In this document: piece by piece, positions 44,663-54,065 of the stretch
Layout of the letters: every line of letters begins with the position of its first letter
How positions within the stretch are numbered: the stretch's first letter is position 1
Origin: an uncultured Acidobacteriota bacterium
GTDB lineage: Bacteria > Acidobacteriota > UBA6911
Direction: 5' to 3'
Assembly: GCA_963809485.1 (NCBI GenBank)
Contig: CAWEJX010000007.1
Location: forward strand, 320,001-384,000
Length of the DNA: 64,000 nt
The notes under the pieces: model-generated
Database searches by the model: none
What the model saw: only the letters and a program-made list of their open reading frames with translations
Told to the model about the DNA's origin: nothing
Made by a program: the position numbers and the translations under genes

Positions 44663-46127
44663 TCAGCTCTCTTTTCGGATTGGGACTTGGCTTTGTTGTC
44701 GATCTTTACCGCCGCTCCGTCTTTGATGGTTCGCAGTGTCTGGAAACTTCCGGAAACAATCTCTTCCCGTTCTTTCAGGTTTTCCATCACCTCAATTTCA
44801 GATTCTCCCGTGATGCCTGTTTTTACCGGACGGAAGCGGGCTATTTTATTCTCATTGACAACGAAGACTCCTTCAAGCTCCTTTTTTTGGCTCTTATCTT
44901 TCTCGGAGTCTGCCCGGGCAACCGATTCTTTTTTCTTCCCGGTCAGGTCGGGTCGCGATATTTCCCGTCCTTGTCGACTTCCACATCGCGGACCGTGAGC
45001 GCCTGGATCGGCATCACAAGCACGTTCTGTCGGGTATCCGTGGTGATATCGCCGGTGCAGGACATTCCCGGGCGCAATTTGGGCGACGGATTCTTGAGCG
45101 TGACGATCACCTTGAAATCCTTCGCTTCCTGGGATGTGCTCGAGGTCTGGATCGGGCTATTGCCTATTTCGGTGACTTCGCCCTCGAAAACAACGTCCGG
45201 AAGCGCATCCACGTTGATCTCCGCGAAGTCTCCAAGGGACAGGTTGACGATATCGGTTTCATCCACTTTGAGCTCAGCCTGAATTACGCTCAGGTCCGCA
45301 ATGGTCATGAGGGTCGCTTCGGGATTGCTCATGATTCCAGGCAGGGCGCGCTCGCCCTTTTCGACCTTCAGCTGGGTGATGACTCCGTCCAGCGGGGCGA
45401 AAAGCGTCGTCTTTTTCAACTGGTCGCTGGATTTGGTCAGGTCCGCCTCGGCGGACTTGGCCCGCGCGCGGGAGGCGGCGGCGGACACTTTGCTTTGCTC
45501 AACGGTATTTTTCGCCGCGGCGATCTGGCTCTCCAGCTGCGCGACCTGGGCTTTCGCCACTTCGAGACGGGATTTGGCGCTCTTGAAGTCATTTTGCGCA
45601 GCCTCGTAATCGTCGTGCGAGATCAATCCATCTTCGCTAAGCTGCTGCTGGCGTTTGAAACTGCTCTGCGCTCTGGCAAAGTTGTTTTCCGCCTGTTCCA
45701 GCTCGGCACGCGAGGATCGCAGAGAAGCCTGATCGCGCATTAGATTGGCTTCTGCGTTCATGGTCAAAAATTCCTGGGAGCGGGCATCGGCGATGGCTGC
45801 TTCATGCTGGGCTCGTCTGGAGTTCAGATCTGCGGCAGTCTGAATCGGATCGATCCGCAGCAGAACATCCCCTTTTTTAACCGCGTCTCCTTCGCGGACG
45901 GGCAGTTCTGTGATTATGCCGGCAATTTCGGACTGCAGATCGACAAACTCCTTCGCTCGAATTTCTCCGCTGGCAGTGACCTTGGAGGTCAGGACATCCT
46001 TGCGCTCAATTTTGGCGGTTTGGACAACGATAGTGTTTTTGCGATTGGAGCGGACGCTGGCGAAGACTATGATCGCCAGCAGAAGAACTCCCCCGCACAT
46101 AATCCAGATCTTTTTCCGCTTACTCAT
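44663..46127 (-). CDS. Efflux periplasmic adaptor (MacA/HlyD-like), frameshifted near 44950
   Basis: TM anchor, lipoyl motifs (VREGDAVKKGDVLLRIDP, APLDGVIT), VDETDI and LRPGMS. The C-terminal VKTGITGESEIEV lies in another frame. The 3' end is uncertain (44663 with a second indel, 44581 as read). Confidence 0.8.
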
Positions 46128-46376
46128 CCCAATCTCCATCTGAGGCAACGACGAATACTACGACTTGCCTGGACCAAAGGTTTCATAAATCAGCGCAAAA
46201 GATACCATTAATCCGCATATTTGGTGACTGTTTTTGCATTCAAGAGGCGGGCAAAACCGGTCGCGGCGCAGGTACACTTGGGGTACGGCTGTCCGCGGCA
46301 ATTGCTTATTAAAGGGCACGAGCGTACAATGATTTTGATCAGCACATACAATTCATACAATTCATTGGAGAAGCAA

Positions 46377-46649
46377 ATGCCGGAAGCCGACATCAAGCGT
46401 CTCATGAAAAGCCTCGGCGAATCCATCAACGAGACTCTTGGAGAATCCCCCAGAATCACTGAACGCATCCAGGAAATACGGGATGCCGGGTATGAGGTTT
46501 TTCTCGTCGTTGAAGCCAAAATCGGTTTCGGCCGGAATAGCAGGGGGGCGGAAGAGGCGCTTTCTAAAAGCCCGGAGGGACCCGTACGGCTGCGCATAAC
46601 CCAGGAAGACGCTAAGTTCCTCAAATCATTAAAGATATCTGTAGAATAG
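46377..46649 (+). CDS. Small hypothetical protein (90 aa)
   Basis: GGAG RBS and a protein-like sequence (LMKSLGESINETL...GYEVFLVVEAKIG...DAKFLKSLKIS) that I recall as Acidobacteria-typical (unverified). Confidence 0.75.
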   Translation: MPEADIKRLMKSLGESINETLGESPRITERIQEIRDAGYEVFLVVEAKIGFGRNSRGAEEALSKSPEGPVRLRITQEDAKFLKSLKISVE

Positions 46650-46655
46650 GGCATC

Positions 46656-46700
46656 CGGCGAAGTCTCCTGCGGCGAAGTCTCCTCCGGCGAAGTCTCCCG
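46656..46700. repeat. 15-bp tandem repeat x3
   Basis: CGGCGAAGTCTCCTG CGGCGAAGTCTCCTC CGGCGAAGTCTCCCG. Confidence 0.85.
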
Positions 46701-46895
46701 GCCGCAATTAGCTCGCACAGGACATCAGGCCGCTCACGGCCAAAAGCTTCCTCCGTTATAATAAGACAATAAAAGTCATTTTCATAACACTTCTAAGTAT
46801 ATGATATTTAAATTATTTTTAGAATATTTAAGGATCACCCAGGAAAATCAGGGAAACTTGATTTATGAGCCGCTCGTAGCGGTTTGTACAGCATT

Positions 46896-46983
46896 ATCGG
46901 GGTCGGGGGTTGTTATTGCAATCGGATTCGGCATCGATATAGCCTCTCGTATCGCGATTTCGATTGGGATCCCGATAGTCATA
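46896..46983. repeat. Degenerate inverted period-6 repeat (ATCG-type units)
   Basis: ATCGGGGTCGGG..ATTGCAATCGGATTCGGCATCGAT ... TTCGATTGGGATCCCGATAGTCAT. Confidence 0.5.
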
Positions 46984-47173
46984 AAGGCTGCAGCGCTGGC
47001 AATTTCTGGGGTGAGATCCAATTGAAAGACATCGCCCAAAAACCCGTGTCCTGGCATTCTTCTTCCGGTTCCAGGCTTCTGGCTTTCGCCCTTCAACCCG
47101 GAACCTGCACTGCTTGAGAATGAGTATGGGAGCCTGATCTTCCTTAGCGGGAGAGAGCGGCCGGAGATACGGT

Positions 47174-47587
47174 CTATAAAAGCTTGCTTGATGCTGAACC
47201 GGAGGGATTGACCGGGGCTCCGGTATCCAAGCCCGCCGGCCTGCTGTCGCTCATATTGCATCGTCCCTCAAATATGGCCCCGGCTTCAATAATGAGGCAC
47301 GGAGAAAAAATCTCGCCGTAAACCTTCCCTTCTTTCAGGATCTCCACTCTTTCCGAGGCGCGGATGGTACCGTGGAATTCTCCGCCAATTACGATTCTTC
47401 GAACTGCAACTTCGGCGTCGACTTTCCCGCCCTGCCCGATCTCAAAGGTGGCATCGGAACGGACCTTTCCCTTAATGACACAGCTCGCTCTCAGGTTGTT
47501 GGTGCAGATGAGCTCTCCGGCGAATTCCACCCCTTCACCCAAAAGGCTGACCGCATCATCCCTTAATTTTCCCTTCATGAATTGCAT
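47174..47587 (-). CDS. Bactofilin (polymer-forming cytoskeletal protein)
   Basis: LLGEGVEFAGEL...IGQGGKVDAEV...GKVYGEI...IEAGAIFEGRC. It overlaps the parB 3' end. Confidence 0.88.
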   Translation of the reverse strand: MQFMKGKLRDDAVSLLGEGVEFAGELICTNNLRASCVIKGKVRSDATFEIGQGGKVDAEVAVRRIVIGGEFHGTIRASERVEILKEGKVYGEIFSPCLIIEAGAIFEGRCNMSDSRPAGLDTGAPVNPSGSASSKLL

Positions 47588-48443
47588 GGCTTGACTCCGT
47601 CGGATTGGCCTTTTCGACCAGGATTGTGTAAAGGCGCATCAACTCTTCCTGGCTATAATAGTGAATCCTTATTTCTCCTTTCCCCCCGGTTTTTGTATGG
47701 AGTTCCACCTTTGTACCCAGAGCCAGGCGCAGGCGGTCTGTGGCGGCGGCCTCATTCGGATCCTGGCCCCTGAGAAGTCTTGCGGGCTTTTCCTTATGCT
47801 TTGCCCATTTTTCGGCTTCCCGCACCGACCAGTCCTTTTCAATAATCATCCCGGCGATTTTAGACATCTCTGAAGGGCTGGCGTTGGAGGCCAGGAGCGC
47901 CCGGGCATGTCCGGGTGAAAGCTTCCTGTCGGCAACCAGGATCCTGACGGCCGGCGGCAGCTTCAGTAGCCTGAGCGAATTGGCAATGGTACTTCGCTCT
48001 TTTTTCAATCGCGCTGCGGCTTGCTCCTGGGTGATGCCGGTTTCATCCATAAACTGCTGATATGCCTGGGCTTCCTCCATGGGATTGAGGTCGTCCCGCT
48101 GAAGATTCTCAATCATGGCATATTCCAGAAGCCGATCGTCGGGAACGTCGCGGACCTGAACAGGTATTTTAAGCAGCCCGGCGCGCTGCGCCGCTGCCAG
48201 GCGGCGCTCTCCCGCTACAAGCTGGTAACCATTTGCCATGGGACGAACCAGCACCGGCTGCAGAACTCCGTTTTCCTTTATGGAAGCCGCCAGCTCTTCC
48301 AGGCGCGCCTCGTCCAGTTTGAGCCTGGGCTGTTTCGGATTTGGAACGATCCGATCGATGTCTATTTCATTCGATGGAGAAATGACCGGTTTATCCTCGG
48401 GGATCAGGGCTTCGAGCCCTCTACCCAATACCCTTTTTTTCAT
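47556..48443 (-). CDS. parB: Chromosome partitioning protein ParB
   Basis: LGRGLEALI, PNPKQPR, GVLQPVLVR, AGERRL, ENLQRDDL and LSPGHARAL. Confidence 0.96.
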   Translation of the reverse strand: MKKRVLGRGLEALIPEDKPVISPSNEIDIDRIVPNPKQPRLKLDEARLEELAASIKENGVLQPVLVRPMANGYQLVAGERRLAAAQRAGLLKIPVQVRDVPDDRLLEYAMIENLQRDDLNPMEEAQAYQQFMDETGITQEQAAARLKKERSTIANSLRLLKLPPAVRILVADRKLSPGHARALLASNASPSEMSKIAGMIIEKDWSVREAEKWAKHKEKPARLLRGQDPNEAAATDRLRLALGTKVELHTKTGGKGEIRIHYYSQEELMRLYTILVEKANPTESSHAIHEGKIKG

Positions 48444-49197
48444 GATTCAGTATTTCCTTGGCCAGCCGAATATAGCTTTCGGCTCCTTTGGACCTTATGT
48501 CATAAAGCAGCGCCGGCTTGCCAAAACTGGGAGCCTCGGCCAGCCGCACGTTTCTGGGAATCACCGTTTGAAGCACCTTGCCGGCAAAATGGCTTATCAG
48601 ATCATCCCGGACCTGCAAACTCAGGTTCGTCCTCTCGTCGAACATCGTCAAAAGGATCCCCTGTATGGAAAGATCCGGATTGAAGGTTCGTCGAATCCGT
48701 GCGAGCGTATCGAAAAGATCCGTCAGCCCTTCAAGTGCGAAATATTCGCACTGGATCGGGATAAGAACCGAATCGGCAGCCACGAGCCCGTTGAGGGTCA
48801 GGATATTCAGGGACGGCGGGCTGTCGATCAGGACAAAATCGAAACGCGAGAGAAGGGGCGCCAGCAGTTTCTTGAGAAGGAATTCGCGCTCCGGGAGCTC
48901 GATCATTTCTATGGCTGCGCCCGTCAGGTTTTTATCCGCGGGAATCAATTTCAGGTTTTCCAGTTCCGTATCCCGCATTATTGAGACCAGCGGTTCTTCC
49001 CCGATGAGAGCACCATAGATGCTCTTATTGAGCGAACCTTTGACGACTCCCAGGCCGCTGCTGCAATTCGCCTGTGCATCGGTGTCGATGACCAGCACAC
49101 GCATGTCCGCCACCGCCAGGGCTGCGGCCAGATTAATTGCGGTTGTGGTCTTGCCGACCCCGCCTTTCTGATTGGTAACTGCAATTACTTTTGCCAT
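48421..49197 (-). CDS. parA: Chromosome partitioning ATPase ParA/Soj
   Basis: NQKGGVGKTT, DSPPSL, PIQCEYFALEG and IPRNVRLAEAPSFG. Confidence 0.96.
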   Translation of the reverse strand: MAKVIAVTNQKGGVGKTTTAINLAAALAVADMRVLVIDTDAQANCSSGLGVVKGSLNKSIYGALIGEEPLVSIMRDTELENLKLIPADKNLTGAAIEMIELPEREFLLKKLLAPLLSRFDFVLIDSPPSLNILTLNGLVAADSVLIPIQCEYFALEGLTDLFDTLARIRRTFNPDLSIQGILLTMFDERTNLSLQVRDDLISHFAGKVLQTVIPRNVRLAEAPSFGKPALLYDIRSKGAESYIRLAKEILNHEKKGIG

Positions 49198-49335
49198 GGG
49201 ATTATTGCGCGCAAGCGAGAGTAGCACATTATACTTCGGAGGCCAACAATTCTGTGCGTGCCCCTGTGCCTATGGCTCCAAAATTTCCGGCGCATCGGCA
49301 AAGTCTGGCGCCCGGTGGCAGACCCTTCAAGCTGG

Positions 49336-49376
49336 TCAGCGTAAGTCGGCGCTTGGGTCGGCGTGAGTCAGCGTTT
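49336..49376. repeat. Period-10 repeat tract upstream of parA
   Basis: TCAGCGTAAG TCGGCGCTTGGG TCGGCGTGAG TCAGCGTTT. Confidence 0.65.
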
Positions 49377-49445
49377 CGAAACCCGGACCTGCAAAGCTAG
49401 TCCGCGGCATCCTTGAGATTTGCTGAGGAACTATCCGCTACCCTG

Positions 49446-49461
49446 TGTTTCACGTGAAACA
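49446..49461. promoter_or_regulatory. parS: parS centromere site (perfect)
   Basis: TGTTTCACGTGAAACA, the canonical 16-bp palindrome. Confidence 0.95.
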
Positions 49462-49489
49462 ATAGCGCTTCCTTCGCCGGCCTCCCGTT

Positions 49490-49505
49490 TGTTTCACGTG
49501 CAACA
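49490..49505. promoter_or_regulatory. parS: parS centromere site (1 mismatch)
   Basis: TGTTTCACGTGCAACA, abutting the rsmG stop codon. Confidence 0.88.
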
Positions 49506-50138
49506 CTACCGCGGTATATACATCGAAAGCGTCCAGTTTTCCCGCCCCGGACATTTTTCGCTGCGGACCCGTTTCATCAGACGCTCCATGGCTTCCGCAT
49601 CTTCAACCGCCAACTCCCTGCCATGAAACATCCAGAATTGTGTTTGTGTATGCGCATGGGCCCGCAACTGCAAAAGTTCGCTGCATTTGAGTCTCAGGCC
49701 CTTCCATGTGACGTAGTCCCAGTTGTGATCGCTTTTGCCTAAATATTCATCCAGCCGCGAAAAATGCACCCGGGTTCCCTCCAGGCCCAGTTCGCTCGCT
49801 GCCGTCTCCAGGAAAACCGCCTTTTTGGCTTGGCTTTCAATCATCTCCAGCTGCACTCCCGGAACCAGTATCCGGAGAATAATTGCCGGAAACCCGGCTC
49901 CGCTGCCGATATCCAGAAGTGCGCACCGGCTCGCAGGCAAAAATCCCGAAGCCCAGATGCCCTCCTGAAACAACGGGCCGATAGCCGTCCAATCGGTACG
50001 CGCCGTCAGGTTGACGCGTGAATTCCACTTGGTCAATAACGCGAGATAAAGTGCCAGCTGTTCGGCAGCCCGTGATTCGATCGATATGCCGGATTTTTTG
50101 AACAGGCGCTTCAATTCATCCGTTGCATCCACAGTCAA
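49506..50138 (-). CDS. rsmG: 16S rRNA m7G527 methyltransferase RsmG (GidB)
   Basis: [24 protein letters not shown] and [11 protein letters not shown]. It lies directly after mnmG. Confidence 0.9.
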   Translation of the reverse strand: MTVDATDELKRLFKKSGISIESRAAEQLALYLALLTKWNSRVNLTARTDWTAIGPLFQEGIWASGFLPASRCALLDIGSGAGFPAIILRILVPGVQLEMIESQAKKAVFLETAASELGLEGTRVHFSRLDEYLGKSDHNWDYVTWKGLRLKCSELLQLRAHAHTQTQFWMFHGRELAVEDAEAMERLMKRVRSEKCPGRENWTLSMYIPR

Positions 50139-52063
50139 CTCCCCTTTTCAGGAGTTTCCGGATTTGCGGCAACGCGGCGCTGTCTCGCGCGGCGCAGCTC
50201 CAGCTGAACATTCAATATTGAAATTGCCGCAGGCGTTATTCCCGGGATACGCCCGGCCATGGCGAGGTCCTTCGGGCGGATTCTGCTCAGTTTCTCCTTT
50301 GTTTCGCGGTTCAGCCCGTCAATCCGCGAATAGTCAAAATCCTCAGGAATGCGCCGGGCGGAAATACTGCGAAGCTTTTGCGCATCTCTCAACTGCTGCT
50401 GAATATATCCCTCGTAGCAGACCTCGATCTCAACCGATTGGGCCGATTCCCGTGAAGCCAGCCACCGATCGTGCAGTCTCAAAAGGGGCTCCATATCTCC
50501 AAGAGTGATCCCGGGGCGGCGCAGGATTTCTTCCAGCGTAGCCCCTTTGGCTTTTTCCGTATCCATCCTGGCCGCAAGCCCGGGGCAGTAAGCCTCACGG
50601 GGATTCCAGCGGTGCTCCTTGAGAAAACAGCGCAGCCGGTCGGCCTCCCGGTATTTGCTGAGGAAGCGGGCATAGTCGCCTTCGGGCACAAGTCCCAGGC
50701 GGTGACCCAGGGGCCGCAGCCTCCGGTCGGCATTGTCCAGGCGCAACAGCAGCCGGAACTCGGAACGCGAGGTGAACATACGATACGGCTCATCGACTCC
50801 CTTCGTTACGAGGTCATCCACCATGGTCCCGATGTAGCTCTCATCCCTGCCAAATAGGACCGGATCTTTCCTCTGCGCGCTCAAGGCGGCGTTGATCCCC
50901 GCGACAATCCCCTGCGCCGCAGCTTCCTCGTATCCGGTTGTGCCGTTAATCTGTCCGGCATGGAAAAGCCCCTGAACCCGCTTTGTCTCCAGGGTCGGGC
51001 TCAACTCCGTAGGCTGAACGAAATCGTACTCGATGGCATAGCCCGGGCGGAGCATGCGCGCATTTTCGAGTCCCGGAATCGAGCGCAGCATCGCCAGCTG
51101 AACTTCTACCGGCATGCTGTTGGAAAGCCCGTTGAGATATATTTCCTCGGCATCCAGGCCCTCGGGCTCCAGGAATAGCTGATGACGCTCCCTGTCCGCA
51201 AATTTCACTACCTTATCCTCTACGCTCGGGCAATATCTCGGACCAATCCCGCTGATGAATCCGCCATAAAGCGCTGATCTTTTCAGGTTTTCCCGGATAA
51301 GGGCGTGCAGGCTCTCGTTGGTGTATCCCAGATGGCATGAAACCTGAGGCAGGGAACATGCCTGTGTGCGCAGAGAGAAGAAAGTCGGTTTATCGTCGCC
51401 CTTCTGCTCCTCAAACCGAGCGTAATCGATCGTCCGCCGGTCGATTCTGGGCGGAGTCCCGGTCTTAAGCCGGCCCATTTGAAATCCGATCTGTTTCAGG
51501 TTTCGGGCAAGCAGAACCGAAGACGCCTCACCCATGCGACCTGCGGCAAAGCTCTGATCCCCTATCCGAATCAATCCATTTAAAAACGTTCCGGTCGTCA
51601 GAACTACGGCGCGCGACCGGATTTCCTTCCCGCCCACAAGCTGAACGCCCTGGATAATCCCTTTGTTTTCAATGATTTGCGCCACTTCAACCTGGCGCAA
51701 AGTCAGGCCTTCCCGGCCCTCCAATAATCTGCGCATCTCATTGCAATATCTGGCTTTATCGGATTGACAGCGCGGAGCCTGGACTGCCGGACCGCGGCTG
51801 GCATTTAGCAGTCGAAATTGAATTCCGGTTTTATCCGCAACTTCTCCCATAATGCCGCCCAGCGCATCGATTTCACGCACAAGGTGCCCTTTGGCGATGC
51901 CGCCGACAGACGGATTGCATGACATCCGGGCGAGCAGCCCCATATCCATGGTGCAAAGCGCCGTTCTTGCGCCCATGCCAGCCGCAGCTGCGGCAGCTTC
52001 ACACCCCGCATGCCCGCCTCCGACGATTAGAACATCGAAATCTTCAAACCCTGCCAGCGTCAC
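50135..52063 (-). CDS. mnmG: tRNA uridine-5-carboxymethylaminomethyl modification enzyme MnmG (GidA)
   Basis: [51 protein letters not shown] and EPYRMFTSR. Confidence 0.98.
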   Translation of the reverse strand: MTLAGFEDFDVLIVGGGHAGCEAAAAAAGMGARTALCTMDMGLLARMSCNPSVGGIAKGHLVREIDALGGIMGEVADKTGIQFRLLNASRGPAVQAPRCQSDKARYCNEMRRLLEGREGLTLRQVEVAQIIENKGIIQGVQLVGGKEIRSRAVVLTTGTFLNGLIRIGDQSFAAGRMGEASSVLLARNLKQIGFQMGRLKTGTPPRIDRRTIDYARFEEQKGDDKPTFFSLRTQACSLPQVSCHLGYTNESLHALIRENLKRSALYGGFISGIGPRYCPSVEDKVVKFADRERHQLFLEPEGLDAEEIYLNGLSNSMPVEVQLAMLRSIPGLENARMLRPGYAIEYDFVQPTELSPTLETKRVQGLFHAGQINGTTGYEEAAAQGIVAGINAALSAQRKDPVLFGRDESYIGTMVDDLVTKGVDEPYRMFTSRSEFRLLLRLDNADRRLRPLGHRLGLVPEGDYARFLSKYREADRLRCFLKEHRWNPREAYCPGLAARMDTEKAKGATLEEILRRPGITLGDMEPLLRLHDRWLASRESAQSVEIEVCYEGYIQQQLRDAQKLRSISARRIPEDFDYSRIDGLNRETKEKLSRIRPKDLAMAGRIPGITPAAISILNVQLELRRARQRRVAANPETPEKGS

Positions 52064-52136
52064 TCCGCTTCTCCGTCACAGACCGCCCCATCCGGCTTCG
52101 CCAAAAAGCTGCCACAGATGAACACCTGTGAATTCA

Positions 52137-53519
52137 CTATTTTCCAATGCAAAAGCGGGAGAATATTTCCCCTAAAAGGTCTTCAATCTGAGTTTCGCCC
52201 GTTATGGTCCCCAGTTCCTGCAGCGCCCCATGCAGGTCCGCAAGAACAAATTCCTCCGAAAGCTCTTCGCGTAAAGCGCCCGCAGCGCCCGTGAGATGCT
52301 GTTCGGCAGCTTCCAGGGCCCGACAGTGCCTCAGGTTGGTTACCATTAATCCCTCCCGGCCGGCCCGGGCCGTGCCCAACACACGGCTGAGTATCGCCGA
52401 TCGCAACTCGTCGATTCCCGATCCGGTTTTCGCGGATACTTCCACCTGCGGCCAATCCCCCGAAAATGCCCTCCGGGCTTCGGCGGACCACCTGGAGACA
52501 AGATCAGCCTTGTTCATGACTGCAATACAGGGCAGCGAATCCAGCCGGCTCTTCAAAGCCAGATCCTGCCTCGACTGATTCCTGCTTGTATCCAAAACCA
52601 GAAGGATGATGTCGGCGTCTGCTATTGCCTGCAGGCTTCGGTCGATCCCCAGCTTCTCGATGTGGTCCTGCGAATCATGGATCCCGGCAGTATCCAGAAG
52701 CCGGACGGGGATTCCCCCGATGTTCGTGAATTCGGAAACCAGGTCCCGGGTTGTTCCGGGTATGTCCGTGACGATGGACCGGTCCTGAGCCAGCAGCGCG
52801 TTGAAAACACTGCTTTTACCCACATTCGGCCGGCCGACGACGGCCATGGCGAAGCCGTCCCTGACAATTCTTCCCTGACGGAACGATTCGATCCAGGCCC
52901 TCAGTTCACTCTGCAAATGCCCAAGTTTCTGCGCCAGCTGCTCCCTGGAATCCAGCGGCAGGCTTTCCTCCACAAATTCGACAGCCGATTCGAGGTTCAC
53001 GACGATATCCACCAGCAGCTTTTTTGCGGCCTGCAGCCTTTGACCCAGTTCCCCGGACCGTTGACGCGCAGCCACCTGAGCCTGAAACATCGTCGTTGCG
53101 TCGATAATATCGCGCACGGCTTCCGCCTGCGTCAAATCCATCCGGCCGTTCAGAAAGGCCCTCATGGTAAACTCGCCCGGCTCCGCCAGGCGGGCCCCGA
53201 GCGAACAGAGGCTGTCCAGCAAAGCGGCGATCAGGACCGGGCTGCCGTGGATGGAGTATTCGGTCATATCTTCACCCGTATAGGATTTGGGTGAAACGAA
53301 AAAGGTCGCGATGCCTTCGTCAATCTCCGATCCGTCGCGCGGATCCACGATCCGCCCGAGGATCGCCCGGCGCACCGGAATTTCCTGAAATTGCCTGACC
53401 GGAAGGAAAATTCGGCGGAACAGCTCCATGCTTTGAGAGCCGCTCACGCGCACCACGGCGAGACCGGATTTCCCGGGAGCCGTCGATAGTGCGCAAATTG
53501 TGTTCGTCAGATCTTTCAT
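52137..53519 (-). CDS. mnmE: tRNA modification GTPase MnmE (TrmE)
   Basis: SYTGED, AEPGEFT, GRPNVGKS, GTTRD, DTAG, NKAD and FSRFCIGK. Confidence 0.98.
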   Translation of the reverse strand: MKDLTNTICALSTAPGKSGLAVVRVSGSQSMELFRRIFLPVRQFQEIPVRRAILGRIVDPRDGSEIDEGIATFFVSPKSYTGEDMTEYSIHGSPVLIAALLDSLCSLGARLAEPGEFTMRAFLNGRMDLTQAEAVRDIIDATTMFQAQVAARQRSGELGQRLQAAKKLLVDIVVNLESAVEFVEESLPLDSREQLAQKLGHLQSELRAWIESFRQGRIVRDGFAMAVVGRPNVGKSSVFNALLAQDRSIVTDIPGTTRDLVSEFTNIGGIPVRLLDTAGIHDSQDHIEKLGIDRSLQAIADADIILLVLDTSRNQSRQDLALKSRLDSLPCIAVMNKADLVSRWSAEARRAFSGDWPQVEVSAKTGSGIDELRSAILSRVLGTARAGREGLMVTNLRHCRALEAAEQHLTGAAGALREELSEEFVLADLHGALQELGTITGETQIEDLLGEIFSRFCIGK

Positions 53520-53522
53520 TGG

Positions 53523-53582
53523 ATTCGAAACTCGAAATTCGAGATTCGAGAATTCAGTTCCGCAATTTCGAATCCCGAATTT
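53523..53582. repeat. Period-7 repeat (ATTCGAA-type) filling the jag-mnmE gap
   Basis: ATTCGAA ACTCGAA ATTCGAG ATTCGAG ... TTTCGAA TCCCGAA. Confidence 0.75.
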
Positions 53583-54065
53583 TTATGACGGGTAGATCGT
53601 GATGCTGCGGTTGTCGCCTTCGCCGCTGCTCTGGGACCGCACCCCCTCGATGCCGGCCAGGGCCAGATGCACGATTCTTCGCTCCCGGGGCACCATGGGC
53701 TGAAGGTTCAGCGGCTTGCGCAGGGAGATAACTTTTTGCGATGCCATTTGAGCAAGAAGGACAAGCTCTGCCTCGCGATGCTTCCTGTACTTGTCGGAAT
53801 CCAGCAGGATGCCGGGCGCATCGTCCTTGCCGGGGTGGAAGACCTTGTTCAGAAGATACTCCATGCTGTTCAGCAGGGAAGCGGAATTGGACAGCAGATA
53901 AGGACGGTCCGGACCGCTAAGGTTGATGAGGAGGACGGCATCCTCTTCCTTGCCTTCGAGAACCAGGTCCAGGTGAAGGCCCCGGACCAGCTCCCGGCAA
54001 AAATCAACGGCTGCCTCGAGCGACCTCTTCTTTGAGCTTTGCTGAATCTCCTGACTTCCCGTCAC
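53583..54065 (-). CDS. jag: Jag/EloR-like KH-R3H RNA-binding protein (short form)
   Basis: R3H motif PMVPRERRIVHLAL...SQSSGEGDNR, GAGGTGG RBS before a GTG start, and conserved position after yidC. Confidence 0.85.
   Translation of the reverse strand: MTGSQEIQQSSKKRSLEAAVDFCRELVRGLHLDLVLEGKEEDAVLLINLSGPDRPYLLSNSASLLNSMEYLLNKVFHPGKDDAPGILLDSDKYRKHREAELVLLAQMASQKVISLRKPLNLQPMVPRERRIVHLALAGIEGVRSQSSGEGDNRSITIYPS

Noticed and set aside
46656-46700. Repeats as a possible CRISPR array
   Set aside because: They are adjacent 15-bp tandem units with no spacers, and there are no cas genes in the window.
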